Counted from the first letter of the stretch, positions 1 to 8,887 are shown. The stretch is 64,000 nucleotides of DNA from Verrucomicrobiales bacterium (GCA_018003315.1 JAGNEJ010000010.1:11044-75043), one strand, 5' to 3'. The notes: a model not told the origin generated them from the letters alone. Numbers and translations: made by a program.

Positions 1-1
1 C

Positions 2-343
2 CGCGATTCCGAAGGAAAAGGCCGCCCCGATGGCGAGGTCTGCCTGAAGCTCGCCCACGGCCGCGCCCGCCTCATCGCCGTTTCCGCCGGCAAGCCGCTG
101 GCCTTCGCTGGCTGGGATGTCGTCGAGCAATGTGCCAAGCCCACCCGCCTCGCCGTCCACGCCGGAGCCGTCTATTATTTCCTCTGCGAAAACACCGCCG
201 CCGCGCGCGACCTCTCCACCCAGCTCCACTGGCGCCCGCGCTCCGATTTCTACGGCGAAAAAGGCTTCGGCTTCGGCTTCGCCAGCCCGCACCCGATGTC
301 CCCGGACATCCAGCAACTCGCCGGCTCCCTGTTCAAAATCTAA
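2..343 (+). CDS. cmr3: Type III-B CRISPR RAMP subunit Cmr3, C-terminal fragment (5' end outside window)
   Basis: Frame is open from the window edge to TAA at 341-343. Translation reads ...AFAGWDVVEQCAKPTRLAVHAGAVYYF...FYGEKGFGFGFASP..., a Gly-rich C-terminal RAMP loop. It sits directly upstream of cmr4-cmr5-cmr6. Confidence 0.55.
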   Translation, partial: RDSEGKGRPDGEVCLKLAHGRARLIAVSAGKPLAFAGWDVVEQCAKPTRLAVHAGAVYYFLCENTAAARDLSTQLHWRPRSDFYGEKGFGFGFASPHPMSPDIQQLAGSLFKI

Positions 344-368
344 CCTCAACCATCCAGCACAGCATCCC

Positions 369-1280
369 ATGAAATCACACCTCCTCACCCTCTACACCCG
401 CACCCCGCTCCATGTCGGCTGCGGCACCTCCGTCGATGTCGTCGATCTCCCCATCATGCGGGAGCGCATCACCAATTTCCCCGTCATTCCCAGCACCAGC
501 TTGAAAGGGGTGCTGCGCCAAGCCGGGCGCGACTATGCAAAATCCGACGGATCTGTCGGATCCGCCAAATACACACTCGCCGTGAACGACGTCCTATTCG
601 GCAACAAGGACGACGTGCAAAAAGATGCGGACGGCAAAGAGAAATTCCACGCCGGCTGCCTCCAGATCATGGAGGCCAAGCTCCTCGCCTTTCCCGTGCG
701 CTCGCTCGCCGGTTGCTTCGCCTGGCTCACCTGTCCCGCCGCCCTCCGCCGCTTCCAGCGCGACTCCGGCAAGACCTTCACCATCCCGGATGTGGCCCGC
801 GACCAAGCCATCGTCTCCAACGGCTCCGAACTCGTCGTGCAAGGCCAGAACATGGTCGTCCTTGAAGAATACGCCCTGAACACCGGCAACGAAGGCCATG
901 GTGACGTGGTGGCTGGTTTGAAGGATCTCGTCGCCGACTCTCTCTGGTCCGACAAACTCGCCAAGCGCCTCGCCATCCTCCACGACGAGGACTTCCAGCA
1001 CTTCGTCTCCACCTGCACCGAGGTCGTCGCCCGCATCGCAATCGACCCGGCAACGCGCACCGTGGGTGGTGGCGCTCTCTTCAACCAGGAAAACGTCCCC
1101 TGCGAGGCGCTCTTTTACAGCGTCTTGACGGTCCTCGCCCCGCGCCGCAACGACAGCGCCGCCGCGCCGGATGACTCCCTCACCGCCCTGTTCAAAGCCA
1201 ACGCCACCCTCCAGATCGGCGGCGACGAAACCACCGGCCACGGATTCTGCTCGGTCCACCACCAAACCCTCAACGCCTGA
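369..1280 (+). CDS. cmr4: Type III-B CRISPR RAMP backbone subunit Cmr4
   Basis: Internal ATG at 369 in the 117..1280 ORF. N-terminus is MKSHLLTLYTRTPLHVGCGTSVDVVDLPIMRE...PSTSLKGVLR, and the C-terminal G-rich loop is IGGDETTGHGF. These are classic Cmr4 RAMP motifs. Confidence 0.85.
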   Translation: MKSHLLTLYTRTPLHVGCGTSVDVVDLPIMRERITNFPVIPSTSLKGVLRQAGRDYAKSDGSVGSAKYTLAVNDVLFGNKDDVQKDADGKEKFHAGCLQIMEAKLLAFPVRSLAGCFAWLTCPAALRRFQRDSGKTFTIPDVARDQAIVSNGSELVVQGQNMVVLEEYALNTGNEGHGDVVAGLKDLVADSLWSDKLAKRLAILHDEDFQHFVSTCTEVVARIAIDPATRTVGGGALFNQENVPCEALFYSVLTVLAPRRNDSAAAPDDSLTALFKANATLQIGGDETTGHGFCSVHHQTLNA

Positions 1281-1287
1281 TCCCGCC

Positions 1288-1734
1288 ATGAAGAATCTCG
1301 ACCAAATCCGCGCCCACAACGCCCTCGCCCACAAGGACACAATCGCTGCGTCCCAGGGCGGCGGCGACGCCATCAGCGGCTTCCCCATGCTTGTCCTCAC
1401 CGACGGTCTGCTCGCCGCCCTTGCCTTTGCCTGTGAGTGGAAAGACTCGGACCAACAACCACCTGGAGATGCAGATTTGCGACGGCAGATTACACGGCCT
1501 GATCGCGAAGGTCGTAATCGCCAACAATGGCAAAAGCGCAAACACGAAGGCGAATACACCGTTGCCCGAGCCATCGCCGCGCATCTCCACACCCAAAACA
1601 ACCGCATCACCGCAGCCGCCACCGCCGACGACCTCGTCGCCGAACTCGCCGCCCAGGACAGCGACATCCTCCTCCGCCGCGCCACCGCCGAGGCCCTCGC
1701 CTTCCTCAACTACCTCAAACGCTTCGTCGCATGA
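1288..1734 (+). CDS. cmr5: Type III-B small subunit Cmr5
   Basis: About 148 aa and helical. Starts MKNLDQIRA and ends ...RRATAEALAFLNYLKRFVA. Its position between cmr4 and cmr6 is typical of Cmr5. Confidence 0.7.
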   Translation: MKNLDQIRAHNALAHKDTIAASQGGGDAISGFPMLVLTDGLLAALAFACEWKDSDQQPPGDADLRRQITRPDREGRNRQQWQKRKHEGEYTVARAIAAHLHTQNNRITAAATADDLVAELAAQDSDILLRRATAEALAFLNYLKRFVA

Positions 1735-2918
1735 GCACCTTCACCCTCAAACTCAACGCCGCCAAGCAATCCGCCTCCTGGCAGCTCGCCCTCGACAAGT
1801 ATCCGTTCAACTTGGGCAAACCAAATTCGCCCTCGCTGACGGAGCCGGATGACAGGGGCAAAGAACAAAGCATCAAGCCCAGGCGCCTGCGGGAAGTCCG
1901 CGACCGCTACACCGCCGCCAAACCGTCGCTCGACGCCGCCGCCAAGCGCCAGCAGGATTTCCTCGCCGTCCTCGCCCGCCAACACGGCCCGCGTTTCCGC
2001 CGCGTCACCTTGGTCAACTCCTCCCGCCTTCTCCTCCACCTCGGCCGCAGCAGCGTGCTGGAAAACGTCGGCCTCCACTGCGACCGCACCACCGGCCTGC
2101 CCGTCATCCCCGGCACCGCCGTGAAAGGCGTCATCAGCACCTGGGCGTGCTGGGTCGAGCATTTCAACGATGCCGATGGCTCGTTCCGGGAATTTATCGG
2201 GGATTCAGTGCAACGTCGCCATTTCACTCAAGCGGAGTCCCGTCTGGCCGCCGCCATCTTCGGCGACAACTCCGCATCCGGTTCCACCGCAGCAGGCGAA
2301 GTCGTCTTTCTCGGTGCGTTTCCCACCACGCCGCCGGTTCTCGAACTCGACATCGTCACTCCGCACACGGACGCCGCTGGACATGATCGGAATCCAGTCC
2401 CCAACCCATTTCTAGCCATTGCGCCCGGCACCGAATGGAGCTTCGCCTTTCTCGCCAACACACGAGACGGCAGTCAGGCGAACGCGTTCCTCGATCAAAC
2501 TGCCGCCTGGCTCTCCGAATCCCTCGAACAGTCCGGCATCGGCGCGAAAACCGCCGCCGGATACGGGCGCTTTCTGGTGCCGGAAATTTGGCAATCGCTG
2601 ACCCTCGATGAAGCGGCAAAGCAGGCTCTTGCCACAAAGCAGGAAAAAGAAAGTGCCGCCGCCGAGAGGCTTGCGGCAAGCCGTGCCTCGACCGTCGGAG
2701 AATTTTCCAACGAAACGGACTTCCAGAACCGTGTCCTCGCCCGCTTGAACAAACCCGGCGAATACCAAGTCCTCCAAACGGAAGTCCAAAAGATCGAATC
2801 CAACCCCGCCAACGCTCCGTGGATCGAAAAAATCACCGCCGCCCTCCGCGAAAACAAAGACGCCCGCAAGCGCCTCAAGGACAAAGATTGGTTCCCCAAA
2901 ACCTGGCTACCCCAATGA
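1731..2918 (+). CDS. cmr6: Type III-B RAMP subunit Cmr6 with extended C-terminus
   Basis: The ATG overlaps the cmr5 stop (ATGA at 1731-1734). RAMP motifs are LPVIPGTAVKGVIS and the G-rich loop GIGAKTAAGYGRF. About 115 further residues follow the loop. Confidence 0.8.
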   Translation: MSTFTLKLNAAKQSASWQLALDKYPFNLGKPNSPSLTEPDDRGKEQSIKPRRLREVRDRYTAAKPSLDAAAKRQQDFLAVLARQHGPRFRRVTLVNSSRLLLHLGRSSVLENVGLHCDRTTGLPVIPGTAVKGVISTWACWVEHFNDADGSFREFIGDSVQRRHFTQAESRLAAAIFGDNSASGSTAAGEVVFLGAFPTTPPVLELDIVTPHTDAAGHDRNPVPNPFLAIAPGTEWSFAFLANTRDGSQANAFLDQTAAWLSESLEQSGIGAKTAAGYGRFLVPEIWQSLTLDEAAKQALATKQEKESAAAERLAASRASTVGEFSNETDFQNRVLARLNKPGEYQVLQTEVQKIESNPANAPWIEKITAALRENKDARKRLKDKDWFPKTWLPQ

Positions 2919-3709
2919 AACTTCCATTCATCGAATATCCCTTCACGCTACTTACCCCCGCCATGATCGGCGGGGCTGAAGGAAAAGCGGCTCCTGCTGA
3001 AATGCGCGTGGCTTCCATTCGCGGCCAAGTCCGCTGGTGGCACAGGAAGGCAGGTCTTGTTCCCAACTGCAATCAAGTCTGGGGGCAAACGGAACCTGCC
3101 GTTGTCGCGAGCAAAGTGAGTCTGACGCTCGCGCCAACTACGCCTCCATCACATAGGGAGGTCGACATTCTCCCCCACAAACAAAGTGGATTCCGCGATT
3201 CCATTCTCCCACTACACAAACAATCCCTCATCCTCCGCCGCCTCGTCGGCTGTCAGCAGGGCGAGTGGGAAGCCGCACAGAAGGCCGTGAAACTCTGGCT
3301 CCTCCTCGGCGGCCTCGGTCTGCGTGTCAACCGCGCCGCCGGCAGCGTCTGGCCAGTCGGCGATTGGGTGCCCACCGACGAAGCATCGCTCAAAACCACG
3401 TTGACCCAGCTTGGCTACACCCAGCCCGTCTCCTTGGCCGACGCTTCCATCCTAGAACACAAGAACCTAGCCACTGATGTGTCCCACGCGAAGAAACTGC
3501 GCCACGCCGCCTCGGACACCGTGAGCGTGCCGAGATATTTCGGCAGCATCAAACCCCGCACTCCCTCCCCGCTGAAAATGAAAGTCATCCGCCTGGGTGC
3601 CAACCACCGCTTGCTCCTCACAGGCCTTTCACTCGCGGCCATGGCGGCGGCGCGCACGGCTCTCGGCACCTCCAAGCCTCTCGGCTCGGCGGCTTGGCAC
3701 ACACTCTAA
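2915..3709 (+). CDS. cmr1: Type III-B RAMP subunit Cmr1 (short form)
   Basis: The ATG overlaps the cmr6 stop (ATGA at 2915-2918). N-terminus is MKLPFIEYPFTLLTPAMIGGA...ASIRGQVRWWHRK, which resembles the Cmr1 signature. Confidence 0.6.
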   Translation: MKLPFIEYPFTLLTPAMIGGAEGKAAPAEMRVASIRGQVRWWHRKAGLVPNCNQVWGQTEPAVVASKVSLTLAPTTPPSHREVDILPHKQSGFRDSILPLHKQSLILRRLVGCQQGEWEAAQKAVKLWLLLGGLGLRVNRAAGSVWPVGDWVPTDEASLKTTLTQLGYTQPVSLADASILEHKNLATDVSHAKKLRHAASDTVSVPRYFGSIKPRTPSPLKMKVIRLGANHRLLLTGLSLAAMAAARTALGTSKPLGSAAWHTL

Positions 3710-3828
3710 CCCCTCACCACCCCCATGCCGCCCCAAAACCCAAACAGATCGGTCGGATCCGACCCATCCGGCCGCTCACCTCTCCTCAGCCCATTGACAC
3801 CAACGCACCACTGCACCATAGTGCAAAC

Positions 3829-4146
3829 ATGAACCGTCTCACCATCACGCTCGACGATGACCTCTATGCCATGGCGCGGGCCCACGCGATTTCCACAAAA
3901 ACCTCGCTGAGCAAGGCGATTGGGATCTTGCTGCGACAGCGCAACCCGGGCCTGCCGTCGCCAGCCGCGCCCAAGCTCGGCGATTCCTTCCACATCGACC
4001 CGATCACGCTCCTGCCGGTCGTTCAAGGCGATGGCCGACCCATCACGATGGAGGACATCCAACGTTCTCTGGATGACGAAGATGTCCGTCACTTGGAAAT
4101 GATGGGCCTCAGTCCGGAGGAGATCGAACGCGCGCTCAACCGATGA
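3829..4146 (+). CDS. vapB: VapB-like antitoxin (ribbon-helix-helix type)
   Basis: N-terminus is MNRLTITLDDDLYAMARAHAISTKTSLSKAIGILL. The stop overlaps the start of the downstream PIN gene (ATGA at 4143-4146). Confidence 0.6.
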   Translation: MNRLTITLDDDLYAMARAHAISTKTSLSKAIGILLRQRNPGLPSPAAPKLGDSFHIDPITLLPVVQGDGRPITMEDIQRSLDDEDVRHLEMMGLSPEEIERALNR

Positions 4147-4541
4147 CCTGGCTGCTCGATGGCAATGTTTTGATTGCGATGGCTGTGGTGGACCACCCGC
4201 ACCGCGCCCGCTGCCTCCGCTGGTTTGCCGGCATTGCATCCTTTGCCACCTGTCCGGTCACCGAGGGAACTTTACTGCGCCTGCACATGCAGTATGCCAG
4301 CGACAAATCCATTGCCGCCGCATGGCGCACCCTCGAAACCTACCACGCCCATCCCCGCCACGTCTCCTGGCAGGAAAATTTTTCCTACGCCGAGATCGAT
4401 CCCACCCGCCTCACCGGCCTCCGCCAGATCACCGATTCCTGGCTGGCCGAACTCGCCCGACGCCAAGGCGGCAGACTCGCCACCCTCGATGCCGCCCTCT
4501 CCGTCCTCTGGCCGGAGTCCGCCGTCCTCATCCCCGTCTAA
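4143..4541 (+). CDS. vapC: PIN-domain toxin VapC
   Basis: 132 aa. Starts MTWLLDGNVLIAM (PIN N-terminal acidic D) and contains ...ITDSWLAELARRQGGRLATLD. Typical VapC size, and it is coupled to the antitoxin gene. Confidence 0.7.
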   Translation: MTWLLDGNVLIAMAVVDHPHRARCLRWFAGIASFATCPVTEGTLLRLHMQYASDKSIAAAWRTLETYHAHPRHVSWQENFSYAEIDPTRLTGLRQITDSWLAELARRQGGRLATLDAALSVLWPESAVLIPV

Positions 4542-4649
4542 TTCCCCCATGCCGCAACCGATTTCACCCCGCCAACAACAAGGATTTCGCCGACCTCGGG
4601 TTTCGCCGCGTTTGGAACCTCTTGCCAGTAGTTGACCCACTCATACCTC

Positions 4650-5831
4650 ATGCCCTCAAGCCACCTTATCCTCACCGTCGGCACCGGCACCGCCGGGAAG
4701 CACTCCAATCTCGCGGCGGGTCTGCGGCGCACATTGGAACTCATCGCGCCGGAGAAATTCTGGCTGGTGCCGAGCACAGATGAGGTTTCCCAACTCACCG
4801 CCGAGTTGGTGCGCGAGGGGTTGTCGGGATTTCAGCCGTGGTCGGATGAGGTGCCGTATCGTTCCATCGCGCGTCCAGACTCGTTGGAAGACTGCCGACA
4901 GGCGGTGCGGGAGGTGATTTTGCGAGCGAGAGAAGGACTTCCGAAGGCGGCACGGCTGCTGGTGAATCCCACCTCCGGCACCAAACAGATGAGCGTGGGT
5001 GCCGCGCTCGCCGCAGTGGATGAGGGCGTGGGGGAACTCACCTTCACCGTCGGCCAGCGTGCGGACGGCGTGGTGATGACCGGCACCGAGACGCTGGAGA
5101 CCTTCGATGCCTCCGCCTATTTCGCCGAGCGCGACCGCGCCACCGCGCTGCACCTCGCCAAAGCCGGTGCATTCGCCGCAGCGGCCAGCATCGGTCGGCG
5201 GCACGTCAGCCTTACCGGTCTGGCCGATACCGCGCACTGCCTGCACGAATGGGAACGGCAGAACTACCGCGAAGCCCGCCGCATCGCCGCGCAAAGCCAA
5301 GCACCAGCGCTCGCAGCCGTGCGCCATGCCCTAGAGCAACTCGCCAAAGCCGTACAGAAGCCGGAGCCGCAGCCGCTGATCATCGCCGACATGCTGCACA
5401 CCGCCGATCTGCTGCATCGCCGCCGCGACTTTGAATCCGCCCTCGTTCTCGCCTGCCGTGCTCTGGAGATGGGCCTGCGCCTTGCCCTGTCTGCAAAGAC
5501 CGACCTGCACGAACCTTACAGCCAGCCCAAGCTCTGCGCCCTGCCCATCAGCCAGGGCATCAAAGACCGCTGCCGATCCGTCTCCCATGACGGCCAGCGC
5601 ACCATTCTCAACTTGAACACCGTCGCCAAGATTCTCACCGAACTCGGCCACGACCTCGGCGAATCGTTTTCCGCAGATGGGGAACTCCAGCGCCTCATCC
5701 GCGTGCGCAATGATCTCATGCACCAGGTCCGGGCTGTCACCGAGGCAGAAAGCCAGGGTGCGGTGCAGCGGGTGAAAAACCTGCTCGCTCCCTTGCAACT
5801 GCCGTCCACCGCTGCCCGTCCGGCCTTGTAA
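4650..5831 (+). CDS. csm6: CARF-HEPN ribonuclease, Csm6/Csx1 family
   Basis: CARF motifs are LILTVGTGT near the N-terminus and NPTSGTKQMS. The C-terminal HEPN R-x4-H motif is RNDLMH (codons 5706-5723). The ORF track starts at a TTG at 4632; the ATG at 4650 is preferred. Confidence 0.75.
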   Translation: MPSSHLILTVGTGTAGKHSNLAAGLRRTLELIAPEKFWLVPSTDEVSQLTAELVREGLSGFQPWSDEVPYRSIARPDSLEDCRQAVREVILRAREGLPKAARLLVNPTSGTKQMSVGAALAAVDEGVGELTFTVGQRADGVVMTGTETLETFDASAYFAERDRATALHLAKAGAFAAAASIGRRHVSLTGLADTAHCLHEWERQNYREARRIAAQSQAPALAAVRHALEQLAKAVQKPEPQPLIIADMLHTADLLHRRRDFESALVLACRALEMGLRLALSAKTDLHEPYSQPKLCALPISQGIKDRCRSVSHDGQRTILNLNTVAKILTELGHDLGESFSADGELQRLIRVRNDLMHQVRAVTEAESQGAVQRVKNLLAPLQLPSTAARPAL

Positions 5832-5834
5832 GCC

Positions 5835-7670
5835 ATGTCCACGCTGCTCGTTTCCCTCGGCACCTCGCCCGCCATCGTGCCGGAGGCGTTCCTGCTTCCT
5901 GGCGTTTCGTTCTCTGCCGTGCATGTGCTGACCACCGCGTCGGTCAAAGAAAGCGACCTCGATTTCATCGCGGAATGGTTCGCCGCCAAGGCACCAAGTG
6001 TCAGTCTTTCCTTCACCCGAGTAGCGGAATTCACCGACTTCAAGTCCGAGCATGACCACTTCCAGTTCGAGGAAGTGCTTTACCGCTGGTGGCTGGTGAA
6101 TCGGCCGACAGGCGAGTCCCCCCATGTCTGCCTGTCCGGCGGCTTCAAAACCATGAGCGCGGCCATGCAGAAGGCCGCCGCCGTGCTGGGAGCCGCAGAG
6201 GTGTTTCATGTGCTCTGCGACCTGCCATTCCAGCAGCAGCCGAAAACAGCAGAGGAAATCGAGACCGCCCAGGCCAGCGACCACCTCCATTGGATCAAGC
6301 TGGGAGGTGAATCCGGCTGGCCGCAATTCCGCGCCCTCCCGGCCGACCATTTCCCGCTGACCGAAACCCACCGCGAGGATGCCGTCCGTTGGGTTTCCGC
6401 CCCGGATTCCGCCTTTCGCGACCACCTCCGGGAAATCGTCGAACGCAGCCACAACATTGCCGGTTCCTGGGAAAACCTAGCCGATCTACCGTTTGCCTCC
6501 TTGGCGACATGGACTGCCGCCCAGTTGCAGTGGCTGCGGCAGCCGCTCGACCCGTTGGCTGATCGCGATTGGGTCGCCGCCCTGCCCAAGATCGACCTCC
6601 ACTGCCACCTCGGCGGCTTCGCCACCCATGGCGAACTCCTCGCCGAAGTGCGCGCGGCGGCGGAATTTCCGGAATCGCTTCCCCCGCTCGTCGAGCCCGC
6701 GCTCCCGGCCGGTTGGCCCTTCCCGGAAACGCCCGTCGACCTCGAAGCCTACCGCAAACTCGGCGATGCGGGCGGCTCCGCGATCCTCAAGGATCCCGGG
6801 TGCCTGCGTCGCCACATCGAGCGGCTCTACCAACATTTCCAGGAACAAAACCTCGTTTACGCAGAAGTCCGTTGTTCCCCGGCAAACTACGCCACCTCCA
6901 GCCGCTCCGCATGGCATGTCCTAGCCGACATCCGCGCCGCCTTCGAACAATCCCGCGAGGCGGCCATTTCCGATGGTCGCCCGGCTCCCTTGGTCAACCT
7001 CATCGTCATCGCCACCCGCCAGACCGGGGGCGACTTCCGCACCGGCATCCTACGCCATGTCGCGCTCGCCGCCACCGCGTTCGAACACTGGGGCGATGAC
7101 GCGAAACCCCGCATCGTCGGCGTGGACCTCGCCGGATTCGAAGACCGCGCCACCCGCGCCCATTATTTCCGCGACGACTTCATGCCCGCCCTGCGCCTCG
7201 GCATGGGTGTCACCGTCCATGCCGGGGAAAATGACGACGCCGAGGGGATCTGGAGCGCCATCCTCGACCTCAACGCCCGCCGCCTCGGCCACGCCCTGCA
7301 CTTGAGCGCCTCGCCATCCTTGCTGCGCAGCGTGGCGGACCGCCGCATCGGCATCGAGATGTGCCCCTACGCGAACCTCCAGATCATTGGCTTTCCGCTC
7401 GATGCAGCCGCTGGAAACTCCACGAAACCCTACCCACTCCAGAGCTACCTCGCGGCCGGCATCCCTGCCACCATCAACACCGACAACATCGGCATCTCCG
7501 CCGCCTCGCTCACCGATAACTTCCTCCTCCTACCGCGCCTCTGCCCCGGCATCACCCGGCTCGACGTGCTCCGGTTGCTGCGCAACGCCATCGACCAAGC
7601 GTTCCTCTCCACCGCCGCTCGCCGCAGCCTTCTCTCCGGAATCTCCATGAGATCCGTCCGATCCGACTGA
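5835..7670 (+). CDS. cad1: CARF-adenosine deaminase fusion (Cad1-like type III CRISPR accessory effector)
   Basis: N-terminal CARF motifs are LLVSLGTSPAIVPEA and CLSGGFKTMSAAM. The C-terminal half carries adenosine/AMP deaminase metal-site motifs: IDLHCHLGG (~6591-6617), TVHAGEND (~7210-7233) and INTDNIG (~7473-7493). Confidence 0.85.
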   Translation: MSTLLVSLGTSPAIVPEAFLLPGVSFSAVHVLTTASVKESDLDFIAEWFAAKAPSVSLSFTRVAEFTDFKSEHDHFQFEEVLYRWWLVNRPTGESPHVCLSGGFKTMSAAMQKAAAVLGAAEVFHVLCDLPFQQQPKTAEEIETAQASDHLHWIKLGGESGWPQFRALPADHFPLTETHREDAVRWVSAPDSAFRDHLREIVERSHNIAGSWENLADLPFASLATWTAAQLQWLRQPLDPLADRDWVAALPKIDLHCHLGGFATHGELLAEVRAAAEFPESLPPLVEPALPAGWPFPETPVDLEAYRKLGDAGGSAILKDPGCLRRHIERLYQHFQEQNLVYAEVRCSPANYATSSRSAWHVLADIRAAFEQSREAAISDGRPAPLVNLIVIATRQTGGDFRTGILRHVALAATAFEHWGDDAKPRIVGVDLAGFEDRATRAHYFRDDFMPALRLGMGVTVHAGENDDAEGIWSAILDLNARRLGHALHLSASPSLLRSVADRRIGIEMCPYANLQIIGFPLDAAAGNSTKPYPLQSYLAAGIPATINTDNIGISAASLTDNFLLLPRLCPGITRLDVLRLLRNAIDQAFLSTAARRSLLSGISMRSVRSD

Positions 7671-7702
7671 TCCGTCAGATCTCACACCCCGCTTCCACCG
7701 CC

Positions 7703-8887
7703 ATGTCTCACACCACCCTCATCCACCTCGTCAGCGGCGAGCGCATGCAGAACCTGCTGCCCTTGCTCGCCCTCAAGCCGCGCACCGTTTTCCAGCTTTG
7801 CAGCGATTCCCCGGCCATCCTCGCCGCTGCCGAGCACACCGCCGCTGCCGCCCGCCAGGCCGGCATCGAGGCCGATTTCCGCATCGAAAAACTTCCCGGT
7901 GCCACCCCCACCACCCAGGACGTCCGCCACGCCCACAAGCAGCTCCTCTCCGTCTTCCCCGGCGCGGTTGTCAACATCACCGGCGGCACCAAACTCATGT
8001 CGCTGGGTGCCTACCTCGGTGCCAACGAGTTCCATGATTCCCCCATCCTTTATTGCGACACCGCCAACCGCACCTTCGTCCAGGTCGGCGAAGCCCCCTT
8101 GCCGCCGCACATGAAATCCTTCCCGGAAGTCGCCTCCCTGCTCACCGTGCCCGTCGTCATGGCCGCCCAGGGCAAGCCCTTCCGCGAGGACGCCATCACC
8201 CCGGACCTGCTCGCCTTCGGCTCCGCCGCATGGGATCTCCGCTCACGCGACCACGAATCCATCGCCGCCTGGACCTCCCGCATCCGCAGCGCCGTGCCCC
8301 GCAAAAACGGCCGCGTCGAGAAAAGCAAACCGCTGCTCCGGCGCTTCCTCGCCACCCCGCTGCCCTTCCCGGAGAGCCCCGCCGCCATCGACTACCTCGA
8401 CGCCGCCGTCGCCGCCGGCCTGCTCGCCGTGGATCCCGCCGGCGCCGTCCGCATGATCGCGGATCCCAAACCCTCGTCCGTCGAACGCGTCTCCAACCTC
8501 CTCGATGGCGCATGGCTCGAACTTGCTGTCGCCGCCATGGCTGGAAATGCCACTCGCTACGGCGACCTCCACTGGAGCGTCCAGCCGCCCGACCAGACCG
8601 GGGCCGACTACGGCGAAACCGACCTCATCGCCGTGGATCGCCAAAAACTCAACCTCGCCGTCATCTCCTGCAAAACCAGCACCCAGCACGTCTCCACCCT
8701 CGAACACCTCTCCTCCTGGCGCGACCGCGCCCGCACCCTCGGCGGCTCGCACGCCGCCGGCCACCTCTGCCTGTTCCGCGCCAAATCCTCCGACGAAGCC
8801 GCCCGCCTCCACGCCATGGGCCGCACCATGGGCCTGCACGTCCACATCAGCGCGGAAATCCCCGCCCACTTCGCCGCCACCTCTTAG
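7703..8887 (+). CDS. can2: CARF-PD-(D/E)xK nuclease, Card1/Can2 family (DUF1887-like)
   Basis: N-terminal CARF motifs are LIHLVSGERMQNLLP and NITGGTKLMS. The C-terminal restriction-endonuclease-like core is YGETDLIAVDRQKLNLAVISCKT. Confidence 0.75.
   Translation: MSHTTLIHLVSGERMQNLLPLLALKPRTVFQLCSDSPAILAAAEHTAAAARQAGIEADFRIEKLPGATPTTQDVRHAHKQLLSVFPGAVVNITGGTKLMSLGAYLGANEFHDSPILYCDTANRTFVQVGEAPLPPHMKSFPEVASLLTVPVVMAAQGKPFREDAITPDLLAFGSAAWDLRSRDHESIAAWTSRIRSAVPRKNGRVEKSKPLLRRFLATPLPFPESPAAIDYLDAAVAAGLLAVDPAGAVRMIADPKPSSVERVSNLLDGAWLELAVAAMAGNATRYGDLHWSVQPPDQTGADYGETDLIAVDRQKLNLAVISCKTSTQHVSTLEHLSSWRDRARTLGGSHAAGHLCLFRAKSSDEAARLHAMGRTMGLHVHISAEIPAHFAATS

Noticed and set aside
594-1709. 371-aa minus-strand ORF overlapping cmr4 and cmr5
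   Set aside because: It is antisense to two genes with strong RAMP and Cmr5 motifs. Its translation is Ala/Arg/Gly-rich with no motifs, a typical high-GC shadow ORF.
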